The notes beneath the pieces are model-generated. The model did no database searches and was not told the origin of the DNA. It worked only from the letters and a program-made list of their open reading frames with translations. Of a stretch of DNA of 18,020 bases, positions 10,015 to 17,950 are shown in pieces. Source of the DNA: Abditibacteriaceae bacterium (lineage in GTDB: Bacteria; Armatimonadota; Abditibacteriia; Abditibacteriales; Abditibacteriaceae); the NCBI GenBank assembly GCA_031372065.1, contig JANMKN010000096.1:1-18020 (forward strand). Reading direction: 5' to 3'. The translations under genes were made by a program, and so were the position numbers. Each line of letters begins with the position of its first letter. The stretch's first letter is position 1.

Positions 10015-11223
10015 TTGCAAACCAACTTTATGCGCGATTATTTGCGAAAATTCATTCAAAATTCGTGGGCCGTTTTTATTTTTATTTTGTTATTCGATGG
10101 CGCTTTGCTATGGAAAACAGGCCCGGCAGCGATTGCCGCCGATGCGAAATGGTATGCTGATGCGGCGCATCAACTGGTGGCGTTGCAATTTAATTTTTCA
10201 ACTTATTTTTCCCAAATCCAAAGCCCGATTTCGCCGGTTTTTTATATCACTTTCGTGACGCTCGTTGCCTTATGCCAAAAGCTGCTCGGCGCTTATTGGC
10301 TGCAAGGCGTTTTGCTGGTGAATGTGGGCGCTTTGGCTTGTAGCGGAACGCTCGTTGTGCGCTTGGTATTGCGATTAACGAAGCAAAAAAGCGCGGCCTT
10401 TATCGCTTTGCTTTTGTTTTTATCGTGCCTCGAAATGTTCAATTGGGCGCGCTTTGTTTTGACCGATACGATTTTTATGGCGCTATCGTGCGCGCTATTT
10501 TATAGTCTTGCGCGCGCCGTCACCGCTGAAGTGCCCCAAACGGCCAAAAAACACGCGTTGCTTGCGCTGGTTTTGCTTTTTTTAGCGCCTTTTAGCCGTC
10601 CGACGGGCGTAATTTTGTTTCCGATTGTCGCAGTTTTGTATTTCGCCCGCATCGTAGAAAAAGCGAGGATAATAAATCGTCGGCCACTGCTGTTGGCCGT
10701 TATCGGATTCTTATTTTTTATCAGCGTGGCCGATGCGTATTTGATGCAAGACATTCGGCGCTGGCCGCTGCCCGGCGCGGAAGCGTTGCGCTTGCCGTAT
10801 TATGCGAAGTTGTATCACGGAGGCGTGATGATAAATGCGCGGCCCGAAACGTATGCCGCGCCACCGCAATCGCTGTTTGAGTTTTTGGCGCTAAATGCGC
10901 GCCGCTTGGTTTATTTTTTCGCGTTTTGGTCGTCGAAGGGCTACAGTCGCGGGCACAATTTGGCGCTGGCCGTTTTCTTTGTGCCGGTGTATTTTCTATC
11001 GTTAAAGGCGCTCATAAACGGGCTACGGCGATGCAGCAATTTAGCGCATGAAGCGGAAACGGCGCTACTCATGGCGTGTGTATTTGTATTGGGCTTTGCG
11101 TTTTTCCACGCGCATACCGAAATTGATTACGATTGGCGTTATCGCTTGCCGGTTCTGCCGCCGCTTATTTTTATCGCGGCGCTCGGTTTTGCCTCGCGCG
11201 GGGCCGTTTTGAAAGCACAATAG
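10015..11223 (+). CDS. Multi-pass membrane protein, probable GT-C fold glycosyltransferase (PMT/ArnT-like)
   Basis: Many hydrophobic helices. 'DAKWY' in the first loop, 'LTDTIF', 'SRPTG' and C-terminal 'WRYRLP' are typical of GT-C proteins. Adjacent to the GT2. Start may be ATG 10030. Confidence 0.68.
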   Translation: MQTNFMRDYLRKFIQNSWAVFIFILLFDGALLWKTGPAAIAADAKWYADAAHQLVALQFNFSTYFSQIQSPISPVFYITFVTLVALCQKLLGAYWLQGVLLVNVGALACSGTLVVRLVLRLTKQKSAAFIALLLFLSCLEMFNWARFVLTDTIFMALSCALFYSLARAVTAEVPQTAKKHALLALVLLFLAPFSRPTGVILFPIVAVLYFARIVEKARIINRRPLLLAVIGFLFFISVADAYLMQDIRRWPLPGAEALRLPYYAKLYHGGVMINARPETYAAPPQSLFEFLALNARRLVYFFAFWSSKGYSRGHNLALAVFFVPVYFLSLKALINGLRRCSNLAHEAETALLMACVFVLGFAFFHAHTEIDYDWRYRLPVLPPLIFIAALGFASRGAVLKAQ

Positions 11224-11295
11224 GAGCATCTTTGGCGATAAATTCAGCAGAATTGCACCTTGTTGGACGCAAAACGCCTCTAAATTTCTTGTTTT

Positions 11296-13971
11296 ATGAA
11301 GAATTCTTACGTTGTTTTAACAGCCGGCGCTTTATTAAGCGTCTTTTCCTTGCGTGTGGCCGCTTTGGGTGCCGGGACAGAAAAAAAATATGTTGCGCTG
11401 GCCCCGGTGTCGAAAACAGTGCCGAAAAAAACTGTATCGAAAGCTTCTTCCAAGCCAACGGCGCAGGAAATCAGAGCGGCTAATGAAAAAGCGATTCACA
11501 AGTTTCTTGATGATCGCTGTTTGAGTTGCCACGACACCGAAACGCAAAAAGGCGGGCTGGACTTAGAAAAATTGAAGTTCGATTTGAACGAGGCGCGCAC
11601 TTTTGAAATGTGGGTGAAAATCCACGACAAAGTGCGCGATGGGCAAATGCCGCCACCCAAAAAAGAGCAGCCGACGCCGCAAGAACGCGCCGCTTTTAAA
11701 AATCGCCTCGCGGGCGCTTTAATTTCAGCCCAAAACCAAACATAGGGCCTCAGTGGGCGCGCGGTGTGGCGCCGCTTGAATCACTACGAATACGAAAATA
11801 CCGTGCGCGATTTGCTGAGTTCTCCGTGGCTGCAACTGAAAAATATGTTGCCCGAAGATGGCGAAGCGTTTCGTTTTAACAAGGTCGGCGAGGCGTTAGA
11901 TGTGTCGCACGTCCAACTTTCGCGTTACCTGCAAGCCGCCGATTATGCCTTGCGCGAAGTGATGGCAAACAGCCTGACGCAGCCGGAAAAAACCGTCAGA
12001 AAGTTCTACACGCGCGATGAAGGCGCCTTTGCCGGGGCGTATGATGTCGGCCCGGAAGTGCGCTCGACGTTTCCGGTTGTCGGTTCCAAAGAAGACCAAG
12101 CACACCTCAAGCCGCCTTTGAGCGTGGGCGACAAAGACCCTAAGGTGCGTGAAGAAGAAGGCGTCGGCGTGGTTCTTAGCACCTACGAACCAACCGAAAT
12201 TCGCTGGTCAAAGTTCCGCGCGCCGCGCGCTGGTCATTATAAATTGCGCTTTATGACCAACACGGTTTGGGTCGGCCCGAAAAACGAAAAACAATGGTGG
12301 GTGCCCAATTACGCCAATTTGTCGGAAGGACGGCGCAACGAACCAATTCTGATTTATTCAGATCGCCCGCCGCGCCTTTTGCGCTATTTGGGCAGTTTTG
12401 AAGCGACTCCTGAAGCCAAAGCCAACGAATTGGATGTATGGCTGCAAGCGGGCGAAAGCATCCGGCCCGATGCGGTGCGCTTTTTTCGCCCGCGTCCCGG
12501 TTCGATGCGCAATCCGTGGGCGACGCCCGAAGGTCAGCCTGCCGTTTCGTTTCGTTGGATGGAAGCCGAAGGCCCGCTGTTCGATTCGTGGCCCACGCCC
12601 GCGCAAAAATTGCTCTTTGGCGATTTGCCATTGAAACAAAACGAGAAAGACAAAACCGTGGAAGTTGTTTCCACAAATCCACAAGCCGACGCCGAAAAAT
12701 TGTTGCGCGGTTTCCTGCAAAAAGTCTCGCGCCGCCCCATAAATGAAGCGGATGTCAAGCGGTTTTTGCCGGTTATCAGCAAAGCGCTGGCTGATGGCTA
12801 CTCGTTTCAAGATTCGATGATTGCGGCGTATTCGGCGGTTTTGTGTTCGCCGTCGTTTTTGTATCTCGAAGAAAAACCGGGGCCGCTCGATTCGTATGCT
12901 TTAGCTTCGCGCTTGTCGTATTTGCTGTGGAATACGGCGCCGGACGAGGCGCTTTTGAAGGTAGCGGCCAGCGACCAACTGCGCAAGCCCGATGTTTTGC
13001 GGGCGCAAACCAATCGCTTGTTGGACGATAACCGCTCGCAGTTTTTTGTGGATGCGTTTTTGGATTACTGGCTTGATTTGCGCAAAGTCAACAATAACGA
13101 CGCTGATGTGACGCTGTATCCCGATTATCAACTGGACGATTTATTGGTGAATTCGTCGGTGGACGAAACGCACGCTTTTTTCTCCGAACTTTTGAAAAAG
13201 AATTTGCCGGTGAAAAATATCGTGTCGTCGGATTTTGCAATGCTTAACGAGCGCCTCGGCACCCATTATGGCATTGCTGATGTGGTTGGCAACGCCATTC
13301 GCCGTGTGTCACTGGCGCCCGATTCGATGCGCGGCGGTTTGATGACGCAGGCCAGCGTTCTGAAAGTGACGGCCAACGGCACCACCACTTCGCCGGTTTT
13401 GCGTGGCGCGTGGATTATGGAGCGCATTTTGGGTGAGCCGCCACCGCCGCCGCCGCCCAGCGTGCCCGCAGTTGAACCCGACACGCGCGGCGCTCATACT
13501 ATCCGTGAATTGCTGGACAAGCATCGCTCTATCGAAACCTGCGCCAATTGCCATCGCTACATTGACCCGGCAGGTTTTGCTTTGGAATCCTTCGATGTCA
13601 TGGGCGGCTGGCGCGAGAATTATCGCGCGGTTGCCAACGGCGACGGCAAGTTTCAAAAAATCGAAGGCTATGGGCACAACGGCGATGTTTTCAAGATTTT
13701 CGCAGGTTTGCCGGTAGATGCCACCGGACAACTTCCCACAGGCGAAGCGTTCAAAGATGTGCGCGAATTGAAAAAACTGCTTTGCCAAGATGATCGCAAA
13801 TTGGCGCGCAACGTGGCGAAGCAAATGACCATCTATGCAACGGGCGCGCCGGTTCGCTTTGCGGATCGTCCGAAACTCGAAGCTATTCTCGACCGCGCCA
13901 AAGCCAGCGATTATGGCGTGCGCGACTTACTGCACGAAATCGTGCAAAGCGACTTGTTTTTGAAGAAGTAG
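11296..13971 (+). pseudogene. PSCyt1 + DUF1587/DUF1595/DUF1592/DUF1588/DUF1585 cytochrome c protein interrupted by an in-frame TAG at 11743-11745
   Basis: ORFs 11296..11745 and 11764..13971 share a frame (offset 468). Read-through gives ..[30 protein letters not shown], a DUF1587-like motif. Also signal peptide, 'CLSCH', 'LASRLSYLLWNTAPD', 'TSPVLRGAWI', 'CANCH..IDPAGFALESFD'. Confidence 0.8.
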
Positions 13972-14020
13972 GGGCACGCTATGACGTGCCCAATGAGGAC
14001 ACGCCGTAGCGTGTCCCTAC
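13968..14020. repeat. GTAG-type REP doublet
   Basis: GTAG-GGGCACG-ctatga-CGTGCCC, a 5-nt spacer, then the inverted unit GGACACGC-cgta-GCGTGTCC-CTAC. The TAG of GTAG is the stop codon of the upstream gene. Confidence 0.82.
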
Positions 14021-14030
14021 GAGAATTATC

Positions 14031-15398
14031 ATGAAAAAATCTGCTCCTCCCTCTGTTTCGATGCCGAATGTCACCACGGGCCGCGCGATTCATCGTCGCC
14101 GCTTTTTGCAGGGCGCGGGTGTGCTGCTTGGTTTGCCGATTCTCGACGCGATGGTGCCCGCTTTCGGGCGCGCGGCGTGGGGCGCGGAAAAGAACGAGGC
14201 GGTGGCTGCCACCGAAGGCACGCCGCCGCGTCGCATTTTGGGCATTTGCAACAACTTGGGTTTGGTGCCGGATCGTTTTTTCCCCGATGAAAAATCCGTC
14301 GGACGCGGCTATAAATTGTCGCCGTATTTGCAGAATTTGGAAGACCACCGCGACGATTTCACGGTTTTTAGCGGCGTTTCGCACCCTGATGTGGACGGCG
14401 GGCATCCGGCGGACAACTGTTTTCTCACCGCAGCGCCGCATCCGGGGCGCGGCGGCTTTCGCAACACCATTTCGCTCGACCAATACGCCGCCGAGCGACT
14501 CGGCCACCTAACGCGTTTTCCTTCGATGACTTTGGGCGTCAACGTCTCGCAAGGTCAGCGCAGCTTATCGTGGACGGGTGGCGGTGTGCTGATTCCGTGC
14601 GAAGAAAAAGCCTCCGAGGTTTATAAACGCTTGTTTTTGCAGGGCACCAAAGAAGAAGTCGCCGCGCAAGTGCGCCGCTTGCAGTTGGGGCAGAGCATCA
14701 TGGATTCCGTCGCCGGGCAAGCCAAAGATTTGCAACGCAGCGTCGGCCCGCGTGACCGCGAACGTCTCGACCAATATTTCACCGGCGTGCGCGAACTCGA
14801 ACAGCGCATGACCATGTCGCAGGAATGGGAAAACAAGCCGAAGCCGAAAGTGACGGCGCCGATGCCAATTGACCCGCCCAGCCCACGCGCTTACATGGAC
14901 AAAGTGAAGCTGATGTATGACATGACGCGCCTCGCTTTTGAAACCGATTCGTGCCGTTTCATTACTTTGCTGCTCGATAGCGTCAGTTCGCCCGCGCTGG
15001 AAATTGATGGCAAAAACCTCTCGGACAGCTATCATAACCTGTCGCATCACGGAAAATCGAAAGAAAAACTCGACGAGTTAAATACCATTGACGAGTTGCA
15101 CATGAAGATGCTCGGCGACCTGTTTGGCGGCTTGAAAGGCGTCAAAGAAGGCAACGAAAACCTGCTGGAACGCAGCATGATTCTTTACGGCAGCAACCTC
15201 GGCAACGCCAACACGCACGTCACCACCAACCTGCCGATTATCTTCGGCGGCGGCGGCTTCAAACACGGCCAGCACCTCGCTTTTAACCGCGAATACAACT
15301 ACCCGCTGCCCAACCTGTTTGTCAGCATGATTCAACGCCTCGGCATCGAATCCGACAAATTCGCGTCAAGCACCGGCACCATGCGCGGTTTGGCGTAA
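14031..15398 (+). CDS. DUF1552 (HXXSHH) family protein, Tat-exported
   Basis: '[21 protein letters not shown]' Tat-like N-terminus, 'ISLDQ', '[12 protein letters not shown]', the HXXSHH motif 'YHNLSHHG', '[22 protein letters not shown]'. Usual partner of DUF1592/1588 genes. Start could be 14061. Confidence 0.92.
   Translation: MKKSAPPSVSMPNVTTGRAIHRRRFLQGAGVLLGLPILDAMVPAFGRAAWGAEKNEAVAATEGTPPRRILGICNNLGLVPDRFFPDEKSVGRGYKLSPYLQNLEDHRDDFTVFSGVSHPDVDGGHPADNCFLTAAPHPGRGGFRNTISLDQYAAERLGHLTRFPSMTLGVNVSQGQRSLSWTGGGVLIPCEEKASEVYKRLFLQGTKEEVAAQVRRLQLGQSIMDSVAGQAKDLQRSVGPRDRERLDQYFTGVRELEQRMTMSQEWENKPKPKVTAPMPIDPPSPRAYMDKVKLMYDMTRLAFETDSCRFITLLLDSVSSPALEIDGKNLSDSYHNLSHHGKSKEKLDELNTIDELHMKMLGDLFGGLKGVKEGNENLLERSMILYGSNLGNANTHVTTNLPIIFGGGGFKHGQHLAFNREYNYPLPNLFVSMIQRLGIESDKFASSTGTMRGLA
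15334..15398 (+). repeat. Repeat copy 0: the live 3' end of the DUF1552 gene
   Basis: AACGCCTCGGCATCGAATCCGACAAATTCGCGTCAAGCACCGGCACCATGCGCGGTTTGGCGTAA, encoding [20 protein letters not shown]. Confidence 0.95.
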
Positions 15399-15425
15399 TC
15401 AAACGCCGAAAGGTGAGAAGTAAAA

Positions 15426-15803
15426 ATGAATCTGAAGGCCAAAATTGTCTTGTGTATTAGTGTGAGCGTAGCATTGGCTTGCTACATGGTTTTTCTCTAC
15501 TCGCCCTATGCGCATCTCACGAGTCTTCAAAGGTGTTGGTTAGGCCTTACTCCAGCCTTGTTCGTCAGTTACGGCCTGATATTCATATGGAAGTCTAAAG
15601 AACAAAGAAAAGGGTCCTTTGTGAGTGCCGTAATAGGAGCCATTATGTTCTTTTTGCCTCTCGCAATGCGCACTTGGGGAAATCCTTCGCCGGAGCAAAT
15701 GGAAAAAGTGACTTTCGCGATTTTCTTGTTGCCACTGGCCTACTTTTGGTTTCAAAAGCGAAAGCAGAAGGCAAAATTTCCTGACAGTCCTGTCGTGCAG
15801 TGA
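15426..15803 (+). CDS. Cargo ORF 1: hypothetical ~4-TM membrane protein
   Basis: 125 aa, four hydrophobic segments, basic C-terminal tail. AAGGTGAG lies upstream. Fills the space between repeat copies 0 and 1. Confidence 0.7.
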   Translation: MNLKAKIVLCISVSVALACYMVFLYSPYAHLTSLQRCWLGLTPALFVSYGLIFIWKSKEQRKGSFVSAVIGAIMFFLPLAMRTWGNPSPEQMEKVTFAIFLLPLAYFWFQKRKQKAKFPDSPVVQ

Positions 15804-15812
15804 GAAATTTCA

Positions 15813-15862
15813 AATCCAACAAGTTCGCCAGCAGCACCGGCACCATGCGCGGACTGGCGTAA
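15813..15862 (+). repeat. Repeat copy 1 of the DUF1552 3' end (50 nt)
   Basis: AATCCAACAAGTTCGCCAGCAGCACCGGCACCATGCGCGGACTGGCGTAA ([15 protein letters not shown]). Confidence 0.95.
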
Positions 15863-15885
15863 GAAGTTAGGTTTACGTCCCTGAT

Positions 15886-16293
15886 GTGAAGCGATTTAAA
15901 CACCTTTCGCGGCGACGCAAACAGTTTTTGGCTGTTATTGCGCTGGTGTTCGTTGTTGCTTGCGTCTCTGCGGGTAAGAAACTCGCAGAATTACGGGATG
16001 AATTAATGGTAGATAATTACGCAAGCTACCTAAAGTGCGTGTATTTGCCAGAACAGAGACACTTAACCGGAAAATGGCCTTCCGATTTGAGTGGTCTGCC
16101 TCAGTTTGTTAAAAATGAGAAAACAATGAGCGCCGACCAAAACTTAGACGATTTCATCTTGCGATTTCACGCTGACAATTATGAGGGGTTTGAACCAGTG
16201 AAAATCCAAAAAGATGGCGGGAACGAAATTTATACTTTCAACATTCGCTTGAAAGGCCGCAAAAAGAAGTTTCAGTGGATGGCTACCAATTAA
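15886..16293 (+). CDS. Cargo ORF 2: hypothetical protein with an N-terminal membrane anchor
   Basis: 135 aa, GTG start. Basic N-terminus then 'FLAVIALVFVVACVSA'. The TAA stop overlaps the start of repeat copy 2. Confidence 0.68.
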   Translation: MKRFKHLSRRRKQFLAVIALVFVVACVSAGKKLAELRDELMVDNYASYLKCVYLPEQRHLTGKWPSDLSGLPQFVKNEKTMSADQNLDDFILRFHADNYEGFEPVKIQKDGGNEIYTFNIRLKGRKKKFQWMATN

Positions 16294-16356
16294 CGCCTCG
16301 GCATCGAATCCGACAAATTCGCCAGCAGCACCGGCACCATGCGCGGCTTGGCGTAA
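16292..16356 (+). repeat. Repeat copy 2 of the DUF1552 3' end (65 nt)
   Basis: 60/65 identical to 15334-15398. All 5 differences are synonymous in the DUF1552 frame (GCG TCA to GCC AGC; GGT to GGC). Confidence 0.95.
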
Positions 16357-16367
16357 AGGAATTTAAT

Positions 16368-16838
16368 TTGTTAGAGCGTAGTCAAAAGCAAAATCAGACA
16401 CGCCGAAATAGTTGGCTGTTTGCTGCTCTAACTTGCGCTATTGTTTGGCGGTTGCCAGCCATTGAAGAGTGGCGTGCTGATCTCGCTCAAGACCGCCTGT
16501 ATGTGCGAAATGAACTTTCGGAGCCAATCGCGAAGACTCGTATTTTATTTTATGGCTATGGTGGAGGAGGCGACCCAGAGTTTCCAAACCATGAGCTTGT
16601 GTTTAGAAATGTGCCGGGCAACGATGCACGCTGGCAACACTTCGAGCCTAAGTGGGGCAATGGCGACTCAGGAAGATATTTTAAAATAGAGGGAGTTACA
16701 GCCAGCGGCAGGAAAATTGGTAATGCGAAAGTTTTTGAGCAACCAGAAACTCATGGCCCAATTCTCGATTTAGGATTAGGCGCAAGATTTTATATTACGG
16801 TTAGGTCGGATGGCATACTTGATGTGCAGCCAAATTGA
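16368..16838 (+). CDS. Cargo ORF 3: hypothetical protein with an N-terminal hydrophobic segment
   Basis: Start re-placed at TTG 16368, 7 nt after AAGGA (16356-16360), giving 156 aa MLERSQKQNQTRRNSWLFAALTCAIVW.. The track's 16275 start reads through the repeat out of frame. Confidence 0.62.
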   Translation: MLERSQKQNQTRRNSWLFAALTCAIVWRLPAIEEWRADLAQDRLYVRNELSEPIAKTRILFYGYGGGGDPEFPNHELVFRNVPGNDARWQHFEPKWGNGDSGRYFKIEGVTASGRKIGNAKVFEQPETHGPILDLGLGARFYITVRSDGILDVQPN

Positions 16839-16841
16839 AGG

Positions 16842-16883
16842 AAATTCGCCAGCAGCACCGGCACCATGCGCGGACTGGCGTGA
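16842..16883 (+). repeat. Repeat copy 3 of the DUF1552 3' end (42 nt)
   Basis: AAATTCGCCAGCAGCACCGGCACCATGCGCGGACTGGCGTGA ([13 protein letters not shown]), 40/42 identical to copy 1. Confidence 0.95.
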
Positions 16884-16926
16884 GAATACGAAGCGACCTG
16901 CATAGATTGCGGACGGCATCATAAAA

Positions 16927-17361
16927 ATGCGTTTTTCGTTGTTAGATCTCCTTATTGGAATCGGATGTGGAACCGCGCCGGGAGCGTGTGTAGGCTTTTT
17001 TATTGCGGGTTTATCAGGTCATAAACATTTGGCACTGGTGATGGCTCTATCACTTGCTTTAGTTAGTTATTTTCTAATTACGCCCTCAATTTACCGGTGG
17101 TTTCATTTGCGCTCGTTGGTAGTTCCGCGTTGTCCTCACTGTCACGAAAAGAACCGCTGGTATTGGTATGAGAAGGCCAAGGCTGATTGGCCGCACGACG
17201 TAATCATGTGCGCGACTTGTAAGAATACTCTGGAGCTTTGGTATGAAGTTCCTCAAGACGCAGAAATTTCCACAACTATGCCGAGTTTTCAGCTTTTATG
17301 GCCTCAATCTTGGGGACGCTGGCGCATGATTGCTGACAAGAAACAAGACCATAGCTCATGA
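16927..17361 (+). CDS. Cargo ORF 4: two TM helices plus a probable zinc-ribbon domain
   Basis: 144 aa, two hydrophobic N-terminal segments, then CPHC..CATC. Confidence 0.68.
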   Translation: MRFSLLDLLIGIGCGTAPGACVGFFIAGLSGHKHLALVMALSLALVSYFLITPSIYRWFHLRSLVVPRCPHCHEKNRWYWYEKAKADWPHDVIMCATCKNTLELWYEVPQDAEISTTMPSFQLLWPQSWGRWRMIADKKQDHSS

Positions 17362-17373
17362 CTAATCAAACCA

Positions 17374-17409
17374 AAGCCCGCGCTTTTGAAAAAATGCGCA
17401 GGCTTTTTT
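17374..17409 (+). terminator. Intrinsic terminator, imperfect copy of 17914-17950
   Basis: AAGCCCGCGC-loop-GCGCAGGCTT plus a T-tract, with one stem mismatch. Confidence 0.75.
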
Positions 17410-17492
17410 GTTTGCGCTAAAGGCATCGGGCTAAAATAAAGTATGCCTGAACTGAGTCGGTAACACATAACCAAAACGGAGAGGAATCAATC

Positions 17493-17894
17493 GTGAAAAA
17501 AACGCTGCTGTCTTGCCTTCTATGCCTTGCTATCTTCGGAGTAACAGCTTACAATCGGGCCGCGCCTGCTAAAGAAACCACCACGAAACCGCAAGCGAGT
17601 TCACTGCTGCGTAAGCGTGAAATGGCGGCACATAACGCTTGGGTTATGCAGAGTTACATGGAAATGAGAAAAATCAGGCTCGGTATGACACGAGCGCAGT
17701 TGCTCAAGGTTTTTAGCACCGAAGGTGGACTATCCACCCGCACGCAAAGAACTTACGTTTACCACGATTGCCCCAATATAAAAGTGGATGTTAAGTTCCG
17801 GCCCGTCGGAAAAATTGATCGTTTTTGGGAAGGGCCACAAGACGTAATTGTCAGTATTTCCAAGCCCTATTTAGCTTTAACGATTCTTGATTGA
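17493..17894 (+). CDS. Hypothetical secreted protein, with a BamE/SmpA-like 'GMT' motif
   Basis: GGAGAGG Shine-Dalgarno before GTG. Signal peptide MKKTLLSCLLCLAIFG. 'IRLGMTRAQLLKVF' motif. Confidence 0.75.
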   Translation: MKKTLLSCLLCLAIFGVTAYNRAAPAKETTTKPQASSLLRKREMAAHNAWVMQSYMEMRKIRLGMTRAQLLKVFSTEGGLSTRTQRTYVYHDCPNIKVDVKFRPVGKIDRFWEGPQDVIVSISKPYLALTILD

Positions 17895-17913
17895 TTCCAA
17901 CCAACGCAAACCC

Positions 17914-17950
17914 AAGCCCGCGCTTTTTGAATAAAGGCGCGGGCTTTTTT
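17914..17950 (+). terminator. Intrinsic terminator
   Basis: Perfect stem AAGCCCGCGC / GCGCGGGCTT followed by a T-tract. Confidence 0.85.

Noticed and set aside
13436..13460. CCG-rich simple repeat as a phase-variation tract
   Set aside because: It encodes the poly-proline stretch typical of DUF1588 domains and is in frame.
16275..16367. N-terminal extension of the 187-aa ORF
   Set aside because: It is an out-of-frame reading of repeat copy 2 that overlaps cargo 2. TTG 16368 has a good Shine-Dalgarno.
15334..16883. CRISPR array
   Set aside because: The intervening segments are over 400 nt and contain whole ORFs. The repeats vary in length and are coding-derived, and no cas genes are present.
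15183..16883. Diversity-generating retroelement TR/VR pair (AAC-rich 3' end)
   Set aside because: Differences between copies are synonymous rather than adenine-specific, and no reverse transcriptase is in the window.
14031..16883. Polymorphic toxin with alternative C-terminal cassettes
   Set aside because: The remnants encode the same C-terminus and end in a stop, so recombination would swap the downstream gene, not the protein tip.
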